Positions 61,294 through 64,000 of a DNA stretch of 64,000 bases are shown one piece after another. The position numbers and the translations under genes are program-made. The DNA is taken from positions 1,486 through 65,485 of IMG/VR virus record IMGVR_UViG_3300042298_000319, one strand, 5' to 3'. The DNA comes from a virus. Lineage: Duplodnaviria; Caudoviricetes. The stretch's first letter is position 1. Each line of letters opens with the position of its first letter. The notes beneath the pieces are model-generated. The model did not search any database and was not told the origin of the DNA. It saw only the letters and a list, made by a program, of their open reading frames with translations.

Positions 61294-63770
61294 TGAGCAT
61301 CGAAAAAGGATTGTATGCAGCCCCGCAGGGGTTAGGGCAGGCCGTGATGGAGCCTGATTTAGAGATTGAGATTGAAGACCCAGAAGCAGTCAGACTGCGA
61401 ACTGAAGGCCTAGAGATTGACATTGAGCCGAAAGAAATGGACGACGAGGACTTTGAAGCTAACTTAGCTGAAGAGTTACCTGAGTCAATTCTGTCGCAGC
61501 TTGCGGGCGATTTGATTGAAGATTATGAAGAGGACGTAGCCAGCCGTAAGGATTGGATACAGACGTACGTTGATGGCCTTGACCTTTTGGGGATGAAGCT
61601 TGAAGAACGGACAGAACCTTGGGCGGGTGCTTGTGGAGTTACACACCCTCTTCTCGCAGAAGCACTCGTCAAATTCCAGTCGGAAACGATCATGGAAACT
61701 TTCCCGGCTGCTGGGCCGGTTAAGACGAAAATTATCGGTAAAGAGACTCCTGAAAAGAAAGAGGCGTCTGAACGCGTCAGAGACGATATGAATTATCGTC
61801 TGACAGAAGAAATGCCTGAATATCGCCCTGAACATGAGCGTATGTTGTGGGGTTTGGGCCTGTCAGGTAACGCGTTTAAAAAGGTTTATTTTGACCCGTC
61901 CTTGGGTCGACAGACTTCAATCTATGTGCCCGCTGAAGACGTAGTTGTACCGTACGGCACATCAAGTCTTAGAACAGCAGAACGTGTCACACATGTGATG
62001 CGTAAGACTGAGAATGAGATTAGAAAGCTGCAAGTCGATGGGTTCTATCGTGATATTGATTTAGGCGAACCGATAGACACTATTGAAGAAGTAGAGAAGA
62101 AAATCGCAGAGAAGATGGGCTTCCGCGCTACTACGGACAGCCGATACAAGCTTCTTGAGATGCAGGTAGATTTAGACTTGCCGGGGTATGAGGATGAGGA
62201 CGAAGATGGTGAAGAGACAGGCATTAAACTGCCTTACATCATTACTATCGATAAACATAGTCAGAAAATTCTGGCTATTCGCCGTAATTGGAAGCCTACA
62301 GACAAGCTAAAGCATAAGCGTACGCACTTCGTTCACTACGGTTACATCCCCGGCTTTGGCTTCTATTGCTTCGGGTTTATTCACTTAATCGGCGCGTACG
62401 CGAAGAGCGGTACTTCGATCCTAAGACAGCTCGTAGACGCAGGCACTTTGTCTAACCTGCCGGGCGGTTTGAAAGCCCGTGGGATGCGTATTAAAGGCGA
62501 CGACACGCCGATTTCCCCCGGTGAGTTCCGTGATGTAGACGTACCAAGCGGGGCTATTAAAGACAATATCTTACCGTTGCCATACAAAGAGCCTAGCGCA
62601 GTACTGGCTGGTTTGATGGATAAGATCATTGAAGAAGGCCGACGGTTCGCTAACGCAGCTGAATTGCAAGTGTCTGACATGTCGGCACAAGCCCCGGTAG
62701 GCACCACGCTGGCTATACTTGAGAGAACTCTAAAGATCATGTCTGCTGTGCAGGCACGCATCCACTACTCGATGCACGAGGAGTTTAGGTTACTCAAGGA
62801 CATCATCAAAGACTTTACCCCACCAGACTACGACTACGACCCAGTAGACGGTGATCGGAGAGCTAAGCAGAGCGACTACGATCAAGTGGATGTGATCCCG
62901 GTCAGTGATCCGAACGCTGCGACGATGAGTCAGAAAGTCGTGCAGTATCAGGCGGTACTACAGCTGGCACAAACAGCACCACAGCTCTATGACATGCCAC
63001 TACTACACAGACAGATGTTGGATGTGTTGGGCATTAAGAACTACACCAAGCTTGTACCGATGGAAGACGACACGCGCCCGCGTGATCCGATTACTGAGAA
63101 TCAGAATATCTTGAGAGGCAAGCCTGTTAAAGCGTTTATCTATCAGGACCATCAGGCACATATCGCGGTACACATGGCGGCGATACAAGACCCGAAGATT
63201 CAAGAAGTAATAGGACAGAACCCACAAGCGCCGATGCTACAAGCAGCAATGATGGCGCATATAACCGAGCATGTGGGGTATGAGTACCGCAAACAGCTTG
63301 AGGCAGCTATGGGCTTTCAGCTTCCGAACTACGAGGCAGATGAAGACATCGAGATTCCGAAAGAGATGGAGCTGCAAATCTCTAAGGCCGCAGCACAAGC
63401 TTCACAACAGCTATTGCAGCAGCATCAGCAAGAGGCTCAACAGAAACAAGCTGAACAGCAGATGCAAGACCCAATCATTCAGATGCAAATGCAAGAGTTG
63501 CAGATTAAACAGGCTGAAGTCCAGCGGAAGATCGCCAAGGATCAGTCTGATGCAGCTGCACGCATGGCGCAACTGGAGATTGAGAAGCAACGTATTGACG
63601 CCCAGAAAGAAATCGCTGGGGCAAATATGGCAGTTAAGTATGAGCTAGACAGAGACAAGCTAAACAAACAACAGGAAGCCGAAGGCTTCAGAGTTGCAGT
63701 TGATCTGCACAAACATCGTGAGCAACAGGCGAATAAACCTCCTCCACAGAAAGAGAAAGGTAAGAAATGA
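61293..63770 (+). CDS. Portal protein with long Gln-rich C-terminal barrel
   Basis: Follows TerL; HPLLAEA, G.AFKKVY, GFYCFG; P22-like size and coiled-coil tail. Confidence 0.88.
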   Translation: MSIEKGLYAAPQGLGQAVMEPDLEIEIEDPEAVRLRTEGLEIDIEPKEMDDEDFEANLAEELPESILSQLAGDLIEDYEEDVASRKDWIQTYVDGLDLLGMKLEERTEPWAGACGVTHPLLAEALVKFQSETIMETFPAAGPVKTKIIGKETPEKKEASERVRDDMNYRLTEEMPEYRPEHERMLWGLGLSGNAFKKVYFDPSLGRQTSIYVPAEDVVVPYGTSSLRTAERVTHVMRKTENEIRKLQVDGFYRDIDLGEPIDTIEEVEKKIAEKMGFRATTDSRYKLLEMQVDLDLPGYEDEDEDGEETGIKLPYIITIDKHSQKILAIRRNWKPTDKLKHKRTHFVHYGYIPGFGFYCFGFIHLIGAYAKSGTSILRQLVDAGTLSNLPGGLKARGMRIKGDDTPISPGEFRDVDVPSGAIKDNILPLPYKEPSAVLAGLMDKIIEEGRRFANAAELQVSDMSAQAPVGTTLAILERTLKIMSAVQARIHYSMHEEFRLLKDIIKDFTPPDYDYDPVDGDRRAKQSDYDQVDVIPVSDPNAATMSQKVVQYQAVLQLAQTAPQLYDMPLLHRQMLDVLGIKNYTKLVPMEDDTRPRDPITENQNILRGKPVKAFIYQDHQAHIAVHMAAIQDPKIQEVIGQNPQAPMLQAAMMAHITEHVGYEYRKQLEAAMGFQLPNYEADEDIEIPKEMELQISKAAAQASQQLLQQHQQEAQQKQAEQQMQDPIIQMQMQELQIKQAEVQRKIAKDQSDAAARMAQLEIEKQRIDAQKEIAGANMAVKYELDRDKLNKQQEAEGFRVAVDLHKHREQQANKPPPQKEKGKK

Positions 63771-63955
63771 ATGTCATAGAAGCCATCCTTAAAGAACTAC
63801 GTGAGCGTCGGGCACAACTATCTGACGGGCTTGGTAACAGTTCTGCCAAGAGCTTTGAGGAGTACCGGTTTATCTGCGGTGAAATTCGAGGTCTCACCGC
63901 AGTTGAAGCTTACATAATCGACCTCGCAAAACACTTGGAGTATTCAGATGACTGA
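63767..63955 (+). CDS. Conserved small protein after the portal
   Basis: L..G....FEEYR..CG.IRGL. Confidence 0.75.
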   Translation: MNVIEAILKELRERRAQLSDGLGNSSAKSFEEYRFICGEIRGLTAVEAYIIDLAKHLEYSDD

Positions 63956-64000
63956 ACTAGCCATCGCTACAGAAAGCGGTGAAGTGTCAACACTGCCACA
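63948..64000 (+). CDS. ORF start, truncated by the window end
   Basis: GGAG RBS; MTELAIATESGEVSTLP; too short to assign a product. Confidence 0.5.
   Translation, partial: MTELAIATESGEVSTLP

Overview
The window is a circularly permuted, nearly complete genome of an uncultured tailed phage. It looks podovirus-like (P22-type portal, ejection proteins, no tail tube or tape measure seen) with a Mu gpT-like capsid. The Rz/Rz1 spanins imply a Gram-negative host. The plus strand (59214-64000, continuing at 1-35378) carries terminase, portal, head genes, a cluster of small basic proteins, two duplicated tail-fibre/Gly-rich adhesin sets, the lysis cassette, tail proteins, two GNAT/ejection-protein pairs and a 2348-aa polyvalent protein. 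The minus strand (58822-35375) carries early genes, a MoxR/VWA pair, family A DNA polymerase, a PD-(D/E)XK nuclease, an SNF2 helicase and a primase-helicase. No integrase, tRNA, CRISPR array or reverse transcriptase was seen. The most notable signals are: (1) a [FYM]-[AK]-x-G-G peptide motif recurring about 18 times across 8 unrelated virion-region proteins, possibly a shared processing or packaging tag; (2) 13 copies of a TTCAG-N6-CTGAA palindrome confined to the 47-58 kb early region; (3) three repeated terminator/AACTGGTTTCAAA/operator cassette junctions; (4) two structured RNAs; (5) unannotated micro-proteins, including a secreted 6-Cys peptide. All calls are by-eye motif recognition; no database searches were run.
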